From NCBI GenBank assembly GCA_036676395.1, contig JAKFCY010000002.1, positions 384,001 through 448,000 of the forward strand: a stretch of DNA of 64,000 nucleotides, given 5' to 3'. Made by a program: the position numbers and the translations under genes. The notes under the pieces are model-generated. The model was not told the origin of the DNA, made no database searches, and was given only the letters and a program-made list of their open reading frames with translations. Shown one piece after another: positions 27,112 through 37,536 of this stretch (position 1 is the first letter of the stretch; every line of letters begins with the position of its first letter). The DNA comes from Bdellovibrio sp. GTDB lineage: Bacteria; Bdellovibrionota; Bdellovibrionia; Bdellovibrionales; Bdellovibrionaceae.

Positions 27112-27945
27112 TTATGTTTTCTGTCTTTGAATTTGAGTGCCGGTAACAGCAGCTAAAACATCAAAACGTACGATTAATGAAATGATCGTCATTAATACAA
27201 AACCTGTAGCTACGTTAATCACTGAACGGGCAGCTACACGTAAAACATATGTTGAACTTGCTTGTTGTAATTCGTTACCACAACGTTGATCAAACGCCCA
27301 CTCGCCTGGTGTGCAGCCTAAAAATGCACGGCAAGAAACATAGTAAATAATTTGAATCGCGCCTAATAAGCTAACTGTTGCCCAGTAAATTAAATACTGA
27401 GGATCAGGCTGTGAAAGATTGGCGATAAGATCAACTTTAGTTATCGCAAGCATGGCAATTAAACTTAATAAAAAGAACGCCGAAATTAACATCGTATCTA
27501 AAAAGCCTGCAGAGACTGAAGGAACAGCGGCTTTCCATTCAGGACGACGTGTATTGCGCGCTAGTGCTTCTTCTTGTTGTTTTTTTTGGTTTAAGTTTTT
27601 TAAAATTTCATTCACAGCCGTTTGTGCTTTAGTGATTGAATCATCTTCAATCGTTGGCACATGGATCGATTTACGTTGCTGATGCGCATTTGGAGAGGTG
27701 TGAGTTGGCGTTGCGCGCGGTAATGGAGAATTTAAATTAAAACCCAGCGGGGCCGCCGAGGCAGAAGTCGTTGTCGCCGGTGTTTCAAACGTTAAGTGAG
27801 AACTTTTAAAGTCCACTTTTGGAGTCATCGCTTGAGTTTGATTTTTTGATGTCGTTGAATCCTTGTGAAAACCTAAGCCTGCTGTTAAAGGCTTGAATTC
27901 AAATTCATCAAATGGGTCATTTGCAGTATCAGTCTTCTTTGACAT
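27112..27945 (-). CDS. RDD-family membrane protein with disordered N-terminus
   Basis: [12 protein letters not shown]-motif; AGFLD..TM..TM..GCTPGEW RDD-like core. Confidence 0.7.
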   Translation of the reverse strand: MSKKTDTANDPFDEFEFKPLTAGLGFHKDSTTSKNQTQAMTPKVDFKSSHLTFETPATTTSASAAPLGFNLNSPLPRATPTHTSPNAHQQRKSIHVPTIEDDSITKAQTAVNEILKNLNQKKQQEEALARNTRRPEWKAAVPSVSAGFLDTMLISAFFLLSLIAMLAITKVDLIANLSQPDPQYLIYWATVSLLGAIQIIYYVSCRAFLGCTPGEWAFDQRCGNELQQASSTYVLRVAARSVINVATGFVLMTIISLIVRFDVLAAVTGTQIQRQKT

Positions 27946-27973
27946 AAAGTTTCTCTCTCCGTGTCGCAGCTGA

Positions 27974-28747
27974 TTACTTCATCAGCCCGAATTCATACTT
28001 TAGGACAGCGACCAAGGTCAGGCAAGCCGTTTCCACTCGTAAAATTTGTGTTCCTAGGGTCACTGGATGAAGGCCCAGTTTGTGCATTTGTTCGGCCTCG
28101 GTTGTGGAAAAACCACCTTCTGACCCCACTATAATCCAAATATTTTCAGGTAATTGGCTATTAGGTGACAGATATTGTTCGCGTAACGTTTTTATTTCAT
28201 CAGCAATAGGTTTAATTGACTGACCCTCATAAGCAAAAAGACACCAATTTTGGGCGTTTGGGTTAATCGTTTGCAGCATATTCTGCCAGTTGGTGACTTC
28301 GTGGATTTTCATTAATTCGCCGCGGCCGCACTGTTGGGTCGCCGAAACGATGATTTTTTGCCAGCGTTCTTGTTTACCTGCAGGCAATTCTTTTTCTTTG
28401 CGAATAAAACTGTATTGCGAAACGAAAGGCAAAATTGAACTCACACCCATTTCGGTAGCACGTTCAATCGTTGAATCCATCACATTGTATCTTGGAATTG
28501 ATAAAGCTACATGAATATGCGGCTTTGGTAGCGCTTTGATGATTCGCTCTTCAATAATTTCAGCTACGGCATCTTTTTTAGTTACAGATTTAACTTCAAC
28601 TAAGAAAGCTTTTGAGTCTTCAGTGATCACTTCAAAGTGGTGGCCCACTTCTTGTCTGCACACATCAAAGATATGATGGTGCTGATCACCCTTAAAAGTG
28701 ACTTGGTTGTTATAAATTTGATTTTTTTCAATCCAATAACGGCGCAT
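27974..28747 (-). CDS. rsmE: 16S rRNA m3U1498 methyltransferase
   Basis: HHIFDVCR, ATEMGV, QQCGR, VGSEGGFS, LGTQILRVETA. Confidence 0.95.
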   Translation of the reverse strand: MRRYWIEKNQIYNNQVTFKGDQHHHIFDVCRQEVGHHFEVITEDSKAFLVEVKSVTKKDAVAEIIEERIIKALPKPHIHVALSIPRYNVMDSTIERATEMGVSSILPFVSQYSFIRKEKELPAGKQERWQKIIVSATQQCGRGELMKIHEVTNWQNMLQTINPNAQNWCLFAYEGQSIKPIADEIKTLREQYLSPNSQLPENIWIIVGSEGGFSTTEAEQMHKLGLHPVTLGTQILRVETACLTLVAVLKYEFGLMK

Positions 28748-28750
28748 GGA

Positions 28751-29659
28751 TTAGTTTACTCTTTGCACCCAGTAACCAACCCATTCATCTTTTTGAATGC
28801 GTTTAATTACTTTAATTTCAGGTGTAGCTTCAATAAATTTCTCAAAAAATAAATTATCACGTTCTTGCAAAACACCCGTTAAGAATAAATAGCCACCGGG
28901 CTTTACAACACGTATTAAGTCTTTACGTAATTTAATTAATACACCATCAATAATATTTGCGATAACCACATCGAATTGTTCGCGCACTTCTTCTAAAAGT
29001 TGATCGGTGATAACACAATCTTTGGTTTCATTAAGCTCTAAATTTTCGCGGGCTTTTCTGCGGGCTTCAGGATCAATTTCGATTCCAGTAATCATCCCGT
29101 AACCGACGCGCTCTGCAAGAACAGCCAAGATCGCCGTGCCGGTTCCGACATCAAGCACTGTCCAATTTTTAACGACGTCAGGATTTTCTTGCGCTAGCTT
29201 GTGAACAAAATAAGAAGCCATCTTAGTTGTTGCGTGAGTGCCAGTACCAAACGCCATGCCAGGATCAATACGAACTTGTAATTGTACTTCTGGAGGTTTT
29301 TCTAACCATGAAGGAACAACCCAAACAGGGCCCACAAGTTTAAAAGGAACAAATCCTTTTTTCCATTCTTCTAACCAATCTTTTTGGTCTTCAGTGATGG
29401 TCTCGATTTGAATTAAAGGATTTAGGCCTTTAACACTATCAAAGAATTTTTGTTCTGGATTTGCTTCAAAGAAAACATCCACATCTAAAAATCGTTTTGG
29501 AATTAACGATGGGTCGTAGGTTAAGTCGGGTTGAGTAAAACTCAAAGCTTCAGAAAGACCTAAAGCGCCATTGCCAAAAGCAATAACAGATAATTCATCT
29601 TCTTGCGAACGGGGGATATTTGTAAGGCGGATTCGGTAGTATTGAGCAGTCTCTGACAT
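28751..29659 (-). CDS. prmA: Ribosomal protein L11 methyltransferase
   Basis: IDPGMAFGTGTHATT, LDVGTGTAILA, ANI. Confidence 0.95.
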   Translation of the reverse strand: MSETAQYYRIRLTNIPRSQEDELSVIAFGNGALGLSEALSFTQPDLTYDPSLIPKRFLDVDVFFEANPEQKFFDSVKGLNPLIQIETITEDQKDWLEEWKKGFVPFKLVGPVWVVPSWLEKPPEVQLQVRIDPGMAFGTGTHATTKMASYFVHKLAQENPDVVKNWTVLDVGTGTAILAVLAERVGYGMITGIEIDPEARRKARENLELNETKDCVITDQLLEEVREQFDVVIANIIDGVLIKLRKDLIRVVKPGGYLFLTGVLQERDNLFFEKFIEATPEIKVIKRIQKDEWVGYWVQRVN

Positions 29660-29696
29660 AGGCGGCTAATGTGCCACGGGCAGAGGTAAAAGGTCA

Positions 29697-30125
29697 CTAT
29701 TTTTTCTTATTATCGATGAAGCTTCCGTCTATGTCGATCTGGTCGCCGATCATAATACCAGTTTGCTCAAGCATTGGCTGATCTTCTCGAGGGGTAAGCT
29801 CAAATAAACGGGCAACGGCTACGCCACCCTCAACCTGAATTATTTTCAATAAGCCCACAGTAGTTTTAAAAGTGCCAATAACCTTTTGTCCTTGGTTTTT
29901 AACCGTGATTTTGCGGGTGGCTTTAACAATGAGGTTCTTTTTTAAGGCCGAGTTTTCAGCGGCATTGAGATAGAAATCTTTATATACCGGATCTGTATCG
30001 GCCATTTGGATATTTCGTCTAACATCGACAACTTCAATTTCTGAAGCAGCAAACGCGCGCGAAGAAAATACGCCGAAAATTACATACGAAACCGCAAATA
30101 AATTTAAAATTTGTATCTTACGCAT
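29697..30125 (-). CDS. Secreted hypothetical protein
   Basis: Signal peptide ending AFA; beta-rich domain. Confidence 0.7.
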   Translation of the reverse strand: MRKIQILNLFAVSYVIFGVFSSRAFAASEIEVVDVRRNIQMADTDPVYKDFYLNAAENSALKKNLIVKATRKITVKNQGQKVIGTFKTTVGLLKIIQVEGGVAVARLFELTPREDQPMLEQTGIMIGDQIDIDGSFIDNKKK

Positions 30126-30222
30126 GTTAACTGTATCGGATTGATTCAGTTAGAACTGTGCAGGACCTTAGGTTTATTAAAGTCCAGTTAATGACACGTC
30201 TTCATTCTGACGATAGGTCAAT

Positions 30223-31200
30223 ATGATTAAAAATATTATTTTACTAATTAGTGGCTTATCAATTTTTGGTTGTACTTTTTTATCTAAGCGCCAGCCGCAG
30301 AACGAAGTATCACGCTGGCATTTTGATAAAACTTTGTATGACGTTAAACATCCTTACTTAGCGAATCCCTTAGTACGTGATGTGCATTTACGTACTGGTT
30401 ATTACACCGAATCTGTAAAGGTGCCGTTCAAGGGCTGTGTGATGTACCTTGAAGGTTTGGCGGATTCAGTCGCAAATCAACAACCTTTGTTTCATCATTT
30501 AAGCGAGAATGGTTATCGTGTCGTGTTTTTTGATTACATGGGCCAAGGCGGTTCAGAAGGTTCAATGAATGATTCGCGCGTGATTGATCCAATTAACAAT
30601 TCATTACAAATTTCGACGCAAGCGCAGTTTGTCTGGAAGCAATATTCGCCAGGCTGTGGCAATAGCAAAAAAATCGTGATCGGGTGGTCTACGGGTGGGC
30701 TGGTTAGTTATAAGCTGGCGCATGAGACTTGGGCTGATGCTGTGATTTTGATTGCACCGGGCATTCACGCGAAAAAATTTGTCGGAGAAGCTGCAGCAGC
30801 GCCGTCAACATTAGTGACGTTTAAGCAAGTGATCAGCGAACGCACATTGACTCGTAATTCGTTTAGTAACGGGCAAAACCCGCATGTCGATCCGATCAAA
30901 CCAGATTCGCCAACAAAGGTTCCGCTATTTGCTGCGAACTTACTTGGCTCATCTATAATTTCGCAAAGCTGGAAGGTTAATGCAAAAGTACAAGGCTTAG
31001 TATTTTTATCGGGTGTTGAAGACACTTATGTCGACCGTGATGCGACCATTAAGACATTAGCGAAAAATGCACCACACTTTCATGTGGTTAGCTATGATGG
31101 TGCTTTGCATGAGATTCAAAACGAAATTCCAGAAGTGGCTTTTGATATGTATCAAAAAACCACTCAGTTTTTAGATCAGATTACTTACTCAGAGAAGTAA
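30223..31200 (+). CDS. Alpha/beta hydrolase lipoprotein (lysophospholipase/monoglyceride lipase-like)
   Basis: Lipobox IFGC; FDYMGQGGS, GWSTG, D.YV, GALHEI. Confidence 0.85.
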   Translation: MIKNIILLISGLSIFGCTFLSKRQPQNEVSRWHFDKTLYDVKHPYLANPLVRDVHLRTGYYTESVKVPFKGCVMYLEGLADSVANQQPLFHHLSENGYRVVFFDYMGQGGSEGSMNDSRVIDPINNSLQISTQAQFVWKQYSPGCGNSKKIVIGWSTGGLVSYKLAHETWADAVILIAPGIHAKKFVGEAAAAPSTLVTFKQVISERTLTRNSFSNGQNPHVDPIKPDSPTKVPLFAANLLGSSIISQSWKVNAKVQGLVFLSGVEDTYVDRDATIKTLAKNAPHFHVVSYDGALHEIQNEIPEVAFDMYQKTTQFLDQITYSEK

Positions 31201-32059
31201 GTCTTTTTAGAAAGCTTTTGCGGCTTCCAGATTCAGTTTTCTTTTTAGAAGGATTACGAACATCGCGACGAGCGTGAACTTCAGTTGGAAGATCAGGCAT
31301 AAAAATACGGTCGCGAGCCGCTTCATTGATGAATTGATATTCGCCAGTTTCAAGCGAACCTAGGCGTAATTTACCAATCGCCACACGTTGTAGTTTCATG
31401 ACATCAAAGCCGATTTTTTTGAACATTTCACGAACTTGATGATTTTTACCTTCAGTGATGACGATTTTGAACCAGTCATATTTGTCTGAAGTTTTAGTTG
31501 TTTTAGATTTTGTCATTTTCAATTTTTCGATGTGTTTGGCGCGCACGCGACCATCTGGAATAGAAACACCTGACAATAGTTTTGCAATTTTATCCGGAGC
31601 CGGCTGGCCGTTTACTTTAACATGGTAAGTTTTAGTAACTTCTTTTTTCGGATGCATAACTTCGTTGGCGAAATCACCATCGTTAGTCACTAATAATAAA
31701 CCTTCAGAGTCCCAGTCAAGACGACCAATCGGGAATACGCGACCTGGAACATCAGCTACATAATCAGCTACAGTCGGGCGGTCTAAGGGATCAAACATTG
31801 AAGTGATCACATTTTTTGGTTTATTAAACATGATGTAAAAAATTTGGTTTTTAGAACGGAGTGGTTTTCCGTCGACGATAATTTTATCTTGGTGCTCATC
31901 AACTTTAACGCCAAGCTCGTACACTTTTTTACCGTTAACAGTCACAAGACCTTCGGCAATTAGTTTATCGGCGCCTCGGCGTGAGGCTAAGCCACGCTCT
32001 GCTAATAGTTTATTTAATCTGATTTGGTGTTTTTGATTTGTCTGAATAGTATCTGACAT
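31181..32059 (-). CDS. rluB: RsuA/RluB-family pseudouridine synthase with S4 domain
   Basis: RLNKLLA..ASRR, NKPK, GRLDWDSEGLLL, EGKNHQVR. Confidence 0.8.
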   Translation of the reverse strand: MSDTIQTNQKHQIRLNKLLAERGLASRRGADKLIAEGLVTVNGKKVYELGVKVDEHQDKIIVDGKPLRSKNQIFYIMFNKPKNVITSMFDPLDRPTVADYVADVPGRVFPIGRLDWDSEGLLLVTNDGDFANEVMHPKKEVTKTYHVKVNGQPAPDKIAKLLSGVSIPDGRVRAKHIEKLKMTKSKTTKTSDKYDWFKIVITEGKNHQVREMFKKIGFDVMKLQRVAIGKLRLGSLETGEYQFINEAARDRIFMPDLPTEVHARRDVRNPSKKKTESGSRKSFLKRLTSLSK

Positions 32060-32152
32060 AGGAACTCTCTTTCTGCGCGTCTCCCGACGGGCAAAGTTAC
32101 GTATCTCACGACAGGTAACATAAGTTATATAACATTCGTCGGCGACGAAATT

Positions 32153-33913
32153 CTATTCAAGAGCTTTAAGCACTTTTGGCTTTAAATCTTCCCAATCTAA
32201 AAATTGGGTAAAGGTTAACTCTGAAAGAATGTCCCCACTTTTATTGATAAATATGACTGTTGGCAAGCCTTTGATTTTATACTTTTCAAGAATTTGTTTA
32301 ACTTCAGGGATATCCTCGGTAGCGTCGATTTTAACGAGTTTGAATTGCTTAGATAGCTCAATAAATTCAGGATTCGTGTAAGTTTTTTCCTCTAGTTCAT
32401 GGCAGGCGGCACACCATTCGGCGAAAAAGTCTAAAATGACGGGCTGGTTGTCAGCCTTTGCCTGGGCTATCACCGCCTCAGAATAAGGGGTCCATTTGAT
32501 TAATAACTCGGTCACATCTTCGGCTTTGTTGTTAAAAACGGGGCTAACATATTCACGTTTAAAAATCGATAAAAGCGTCAGTGTCAGTGAAGCCACAAAC
32601 ACGATAATAAACAAACCCTGGCGATAAGGGTGTTTTCGTTGAAAGTGAAAAGCCCCTTGCCAGATCGAAATTGTTAAAAATGTTAAACCTAAAACCATGA
32701 TCCAATATTCCATCGGGATAACAAATTTTAGATAATACAGAGCTACTAAAATCATTAATAAGCCTAAAGCGAATTTGATAAATTCCATCCACGGTCCAGA
32801 GCGTGGCAGCTTTTTTAACAGCTGGCTTGAAGCACCGATGGCAATAAAAATTAAACCTAAGCCTAAAGCGTAAGTAAAAAGTAAGGTAAAACCTAACACC
32901 GCATTTTGCGTTGTTGATACAAAACTTAAAATTGAAACCAGCACAGGGCCTACGCATGGACTTGCCACGATACCTGCGACCATTCCCATAAAAAAAGCAC
33001 CTGCATAGCCACGGCTTTTTCCTGTGCCGAAACGATTTCTGATAAAGGCGGGCACTTGTAATTCAAAGGCTCCCCACATACTTAAAGCCATTAAAACAAA
33101 TAAGCCAACCATAGATAATACTACCCATTTATTAGCTAGGGCGTGGCCAAAGATCGCTCCGGTCAAAGCCGCCAGCACTCCTAATGAAGAGTACGTAACA
33201 GCGATTCCTAAAACATAAAATATCGAGCGTAAGATATTTTGCAGGCGAGATTTTTCGTGAGCCTCATTGCCCAAAATGGAAAGGGTGATCGGAATCATCG
33301 GAAAAATACACGGCGTGAAACTTGTTAAGATACCAGCTAAGAATACTAATAAAAAAGTTAAGTAGAAATTTTTTGAAAGTTGATTTTCAATTGTGCCTGC
33401 AGAAAACATCGACATTGAAGTGTTTTCTGTCGCTTCTTTCATTTGCACAAAATTCACATCAATTGCGATTGTCTGTGTTTTTGGAAGAAAACAAACTTGG
33501 TCGCTGCAAATTTGATATTTTAAATCAAACATCAGCTTTTCCATTTTGCTGCTTACTTTTTCAGGTGATTCAATTTGTAATTCGATTTCGCCGGTTTCAA
33601 AAAGACCTTTGCGATTTTTTTTCGTGTATTTATCGTAGAATTCAACTTCTGGTTTTAGTTTTAATTGTCCAACCTGAAAGCTGTTTGGCTGAATATTTGA
33701 AATTTTAAATTGATCCGCGTAGGCGTGAAAATTTTTAGGCAGAGTCATCGTGATGCGCGCTGACTTTATCTGGCCTTCTTGCAAAGTGAGGGGCTGAGTT
33801 ACGACTTGAAATTGGGCTTCGCCAGTCTGAGCGGTGGCGGCAGTCCAGGAAAAAAGCGAAATAAATGTGAAAATTGCCAAGATGTTGGTCATAGTTACCC
33901 TTCGGAAGGTCAT
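32153..33913 (-). CDS. dsbD: Thiol:disulfide interchange protein DsbD
   Basis: QICSDQVC, TPCIFPMIP, ASPCVGP, AEWCAAC; ORF opens at 33949. Confidence 0.93.
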   Translation of the reverse strand: MTFRRVTMTNILAIFTFISLFSWTAATAQTGEAQFQVVTQPLTLQEGQIKSARITMTLPKNFHAYADQFKISNIQPNSFQVGQLKLKPEVEFYDKYTKKNRKGLFETGEIELQIESPEKVSSKMEKLMFDLKYQICSDQVCFLPKTQTIAIDVNFVQMKEATENTSMSMFSAGTIENQLSKNFYLTFLLVFLAGILTSFTPCIFPMIPITLSILGNEAHEKSRLQNILRSIFYVLGIAVTYSSLGVLAALTGAIFGHALANKWVVLSMVGLFVLMALSMWGAFELQVPAFIRNRFGTGKSRGYAGAFFMGMVAGIVASPCVGPVLVSILSFVSTTQNAVLGFTLLFTYALGLGLIFIAIGASSQLLKKLPRSGPWMEFIKFALGLLMILVALYYLKFVIPMEYWIMVLGLTFLTISIWQGAFHFQRKHPYRQGLFIIVFVASLTLTLLSIFKREYVSPVFNNKAEDVTELLIKWTPYSEAVIAQAKADNQPVILDFFAEWCAACHELEEKTYTNPEFIELSKQFKLVKIDATEDIPEVKQILEKYKIKGLPTVIFINKSGDILSELTFTQFLDWEDLKPKVLKALE

Positions 33914-33990
33914 GGTCTTTAATTTACCACTAAACCTTACTAAAGACATTCGAAAAACCCAGACCTTTTTCCAGTTTCGCCAGGCGTGTA

Positions 33991-34018
33991 TTAACTTTGG
34001 TCACCAGTGTACCGATTA
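33991..34018 (+). promoter_or_regulatory. Sigma28 (FliA)-type promoter of motAB
   Basis: TTAA-N16-ACCGATTA upstream of the motA SD. Confidence 0.65.
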
Positions 34019-34042
34019 AAGATTGTAGAAAAAGAGGTCTCA

Positions 34043-34912
34043 ATGGGATTTGTAGGTATATTAGTCGTTTTCGCCATGGTATTTGGTGGATATGCGTTAG
34101 CAGGCGGTAGCTTCGGCGTCATCATTAGTTCTGCGCCTATTGAAATGATGATTATCGGTGGAGCAGCTTTAGGTGCATACATCATTGGTAATCCGATGAA
34201 AGTTATCAAAGCGGGTTTCAAATTATCGATTGCTGCTATGACATCAAAAGGTCCACAGAAAAAAGACTATTTAGATTTGTTACAAATGTTATTCCAATTA
34301 TTTCAGGTATTTCGTAAAGAAGGCCCACAAGGGGTCGAGAAACATATCGAACAACCTGATCAAAGTGATATTTTCAAAGCGTATCCGTCAGTGATGAAAA
34401 ATCATCATGCGGTTCACTTTTTATGTGACACGATGAAAGTTATTTTATCTACAGATTTATCTCAGTACGACATCGATGACTTAATGGATAACGATTTAAA
34501 AGCCATTCATGCTGAAGAACATTTAGCACAACATGCGGTGCAAATGGTGGCCGATGGATTCCCTGGTTTAGGGATCGTTGCTGCCGTTCTAGGTATCGTT
34601 AAAACTATGGGACATTTAACTGAAGGTAATGAAAAGATCGGTCAGTTAGTTGCCGGCGCTCTAGTAGGAACAATGTTAGGGGTTTTCGGTGCTTACGGTC
34701 TTATTGGTCCGACAGCTACGAAAATGGCTTCTGATATTGAAGCTGAAGGTCGTTTTTTAAATTGTATTAAAGCAGCAGTTGTTGCGCTTCAACGTGGATC
34801 GCCTCCGTTAGTGTGTGTTGAGTACGCCCGTCGTACGATCATGCCTGAAGAGCGTCCGACATTTGATGAACTAGATAAAGCTACAAAAGATATTAAAAAA
34901 GCAGCGGCTTAA
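34043..34912 (+). CDS. motA: Flagellar stator protein MotA
   Basis: EMMIIGGAALGA, FPGLGIVAAVLG, GALVGTMLG, VEYARR, RPTFDEL; AAGAGG SD before 34043. Confidence 0.95.
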   Translation: MGFVGILVVFAMVFGGYALAGGSFGVIISSAPIEMMIIGGAALGAYIIGNPMKVIKAGFKLSIAAMTSKGPQKKDYLDLLQMLFQLFQVFRKEGPQGVEKHIEQPDQSDIFKAYPSVMKNHHAVHFLCDTMKVILSTDLSQYDIDDLMDNDLKAIHAEEHLAQHAVQMVADGFPGLGIVAAVLGIVKTMGHLTEGNEKIGQLVAGALVGTMLGVFGAYGLIGPTATKMASDIEAEGRFLNCIKAAVVALQRGSPPLVCVEYARRTIMPEERPTFDELDKATKDIKKAAA

Positions 34913-34933
34913 TCGCACGGACGGAAATAGATT

Positions 34934-35887
34934 ATGGCTAAGAAACAACAAATCGTTATCAAGAAAATCATCGTACAGGGCGGCGGACACCATGGCGGAT
35001 CATGGAAGGTTGCTCTTGCGGATTTTATGACCGCGATGATGGCGTTCTTCTTAGTTATGTGGTTAATGAGTCAATCTGATCAAACTAAAAAAGCGATATC
35101 TGATTATTTTTCGACACCATCTGTGATCGAATACAATTTTCAAAACTTCGGTGCAGAAATTACTTTAGAAAAATTGTTCTTAGATTTCGTAAATGAACCA
35201 TTAAAAGCGATGCAAAGTTTTATGGAGCCTTCAACAAAAAGCCCGAATGTGTTAGACATGGGCTCTGAAAAAGTCGTAGCCGCTTACATGGCTGATAAAA
35301 TGACTGATATCGCAAAGAATGTTGAAATTTCACAGGATGGTTTTGATTTTGATATTCCAGATGTTTATTTATTCGAACGTGGTACCTCGCAACCAAAGGT
35401 AAACTTTGTTGATGTAATGGATAAATTAACTGCGGTAACTGCGGGATTAAAAGATGCAGAAATTAAAATTACTTCAGCGCTTTTTATACAGCTAGTTGCA
35501 GATCAAACGGTAAAAACAGCTGATAAAGTAGCATTAGAGCGTTTAGCGTTAATCACAAATAAAGTGAATGCTTCATTTGATGGTACAACGAACACTGTAA
35601 TCGGTGCGACGAATATCAAAGATAAAAAAGGTGATTACGATCCAGATCGTTTGATGGGATTTGTTCGTATCAACATTCGTCAAAAAGAAAGCACCGATGG
35701 TAAAAAACGTCGTAAGCTTGAGACTTTATTTGGTGGAAAAAAACAAAGTCGCTTAGAACTTGTGCCGCAAGATAAAGCCAAAGCAAAACCTGCTCAAGGC
35801 CTTGATCCTAATATTATTAATCCGGTTGATATCGAAGTGATGAAGCTAGAGCAGGAATTTAATCCTGGCAGCGGTCTTAACGAGTAA
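34934..35887 (+). CDS. motB: Flagellar stator protein MotB with a divergent periplasmic domain
   Basis: [26 protein letters not shown] with the conserved Asp; follows motA. Confidence 0.9.
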   Translation: MAKKQQIVIKKIIVQGGGHHGGSWKVALADFMTAMMAFFLVMWLMSQSDQTKKAISDYFSTPSVIEYNFQNFGAEITLEKLFLDFVNEPLKAMQSFMEPSTKSPNVLDMGSEKVVAAYMADKMTDIAKNVEISQDGFDFDIPDVYLFERGTSQPKVNFVDVMDKLTAVTAGLKDAEIKITSALFIQLVADQTVKTADKVALERLALITNKVNASFDGTTNTVIGATNIKDKKGDYDPDRLMGFVRINIRQKESTDGKKRRKLETLFGGKKQSRLELVPQDKAKAKPAQGLDPNIINPVDIEVMKLEQEFNPGSGLNE

Positions 35888-35891
35888 ATAA

Positions 35892-36638
35892 TTAATACGT
35901 CAAAGACATTGCTAAAAAATAACCTAAACGTGAGCGGTTGCCAAACTGTGAAGTGTTAGTCGGCAAAGTCATGCCGGCCTCAAGTTTTCCATTCGGAAAA
36001 GCGTTGTAATAGGCCGTGCCGAACATATCAATGTAATTGCTATATCGCTGTGAATATTCCATCGTGTAACCAGCACCTAATTCTAAGCCGGTTTTTTCAG
36101 TATACTTTTTATTGAACTTAACACGTGTATAATAGGCCGAAGAGGCTGTACCTTCGTAATTGTTTTGCCACTCCAAAAGTCCAGTGAAGCGGCCGTAATC
36201 TAACTTAAAGCCATAACGAATGCCGTTCAGTGACTGGGTTTTATAATAGTGATCATCGTGAACGTAAAACACAAACTTAGAATTTGTTTGAAAATCGACA
36301 TAAACTTCAGCCATGTACTTGATCCAAAGATTATCATCGTCATTACCTAATTTTGAAATATTAGAACCCCAAAAGCCAAATTTTAGTTGGCTTCCTAGGT
36401 TAACTAAAAATGCAGCATTCATGGCAAAACCGCCATTACTCATAGACAGTCCGCGATCAATAAAATTTGAAGTTAAACGTGCATAGCCAGAGACATCATA
36501 GCTGGGTTGTGCTCCTGTTTCGTCTTTCTTTTTATCTTTATCGCCAGGGCCCGCAGAAAAAGTGGGGGCTGCCATCGCAAACTGAGCAGTCAGCGTGAAA
36601 ACAAAAAACAGTAGTACCATATGGCGCAAAAGGATCAT
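35892..36638 (-). CDS. TorF/Gcw_chp-like putative outer-membrane beta-barrel
   Basis: Signal peptide; TSNFIDRGLS, GFWGSN; alternating strands; terminal aromatic Y. Confidence 0.75.
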   Translation of the reverse strand: MILLRHMVLLFFVFTLTAQFAMAAPTFSAGPGDKDKKKDETGAQPSYDVSGYARLTSNFIDRGLSMSNGGFAMNAAFLVNLGSQLKFGFWGSNISKLGNDDDNLWIKYMAEVYVDFQTNSKFVFYVHDDHYYKTQSLNGIRYGFKLDYGRFTGLLEWQNNYEGTASSAYYTRVKFNKKYTEKTGLELGAGYTMEYSQRYSNYIDMFGTAYYNAFPNGKLEAGMTLPTNTSQFGNRSRLGYFLAMSLTY

Positions 36639-36708
36639 TTATTTATTGTCAGAACTATTGGACAAATAAGCAATCAAAGCTAGAATATACATACTAAAGT
36701 TGGAGTAT

Positions 36709-37536
36709 ATGAGCCTATTTAACGAAGTTTCCCTGTGGTCTGATTATCCGATTGTGGCATTTGACACTGAGACCAGTGGTCCATATGCACTGGAGTCAGA
36801 AATTGTCGAGCTTGGCGCAGTTAAGTGGCACCAAGGAAAGATCATCGGTCAGTTTCAAACTTTATTAAAACCCGCTAAGCCGATGACTCAAGATAATATA
36901 AATATTCACGGTATTACTAATGAGATGGTAGCTGATGCGCCATTAATAAAAGATCAAATTTTACCTTTCTGTGAATTTATTCAGGATTCATTGTTAATTG
37001 CACATCATGCACCGTTTGATTTAGGTTTTGTGGCGCCTGAAATTGAAAAAGCCGGGTTGGCTTTTCCGAATAATGTGCATTTTTGTTCGAGCTTAATTTC
37101 ACGGGCTTTACTGCATACGACAAATCACAAACTACAAACTTTGGTGAAAGAATTGAATTTAGTCGGTGGCGACGCACATCGCGCCTATGATGATGCTTAC
37201 GCTTGCCTGCAAGTGTTTTTTAAAGCTACAGAAAAATTAGATTTTGCTTCACTTGAAAAGTTAAAGTCAGTGCAAGCTAAAAAATTGTCGTGGAGTGACT
37301 ATTCACTTTTTAATAAAACCACTGAAAAAATTAAATCTATAGTTGATGCCATTCAAAAAGAAAAAACCATTCAGATAGTTTATGAAGGCGGGCAAAGTAA
37401 AAATAAATTGCGCCCCATCACACCAAAAGGAATCGTAAGAAATCCTGATGGTGATTATGTGCACGCAATTTGCGGTTTAGATAACGAGCGTAAACGTTTC
37501 TATCTGTCTAAGATTTCAGATATCGAATTAGTTTAA
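36709..37536 (+). CDS. DEDDh 3'-5' exonuclease (DnaQ-like) fused to a WYL domain
   Basis: FDTET, HHAPFD, HRAYDDA; C-terminal IQIVY...RPITP...YVHAIC..DNERKRFYLSKI. Confidence 0.85.
   Translation: MSLFNEVSLWSDYPIVAFDTETSGPYALESEIVELGAVKWHQGKIIGQFQTLLKPAKPMTQDNINIHGITNEMVADAPLIKDQILPFCEFIQDSLLIAHHAPFDLGFVAPEIEKAGLAFPNNVHFCSSLISRALLHTTNHKLQTLVKELNLVGGDAHRAYDDAYACLQVFFKATEKLDFASLEKLKSVQAKKLSWSDYSLFNKTTEKIKSIVDAIQKEKTIQIVYEGGQSKNKLRPITPKGIVRNPDGDYVHAICGLDNERKRFYLSKISDIELV

Noticed and set aside
32060..32152. Possible c-di-GMP riboswitch or sRNA (GGGCAAA, short hairpins) between dsbD and rluB
   Set aside because: The second GCAAA/P2 element is missing and the motif is on the non-coding strand; only 4-6 bp stems
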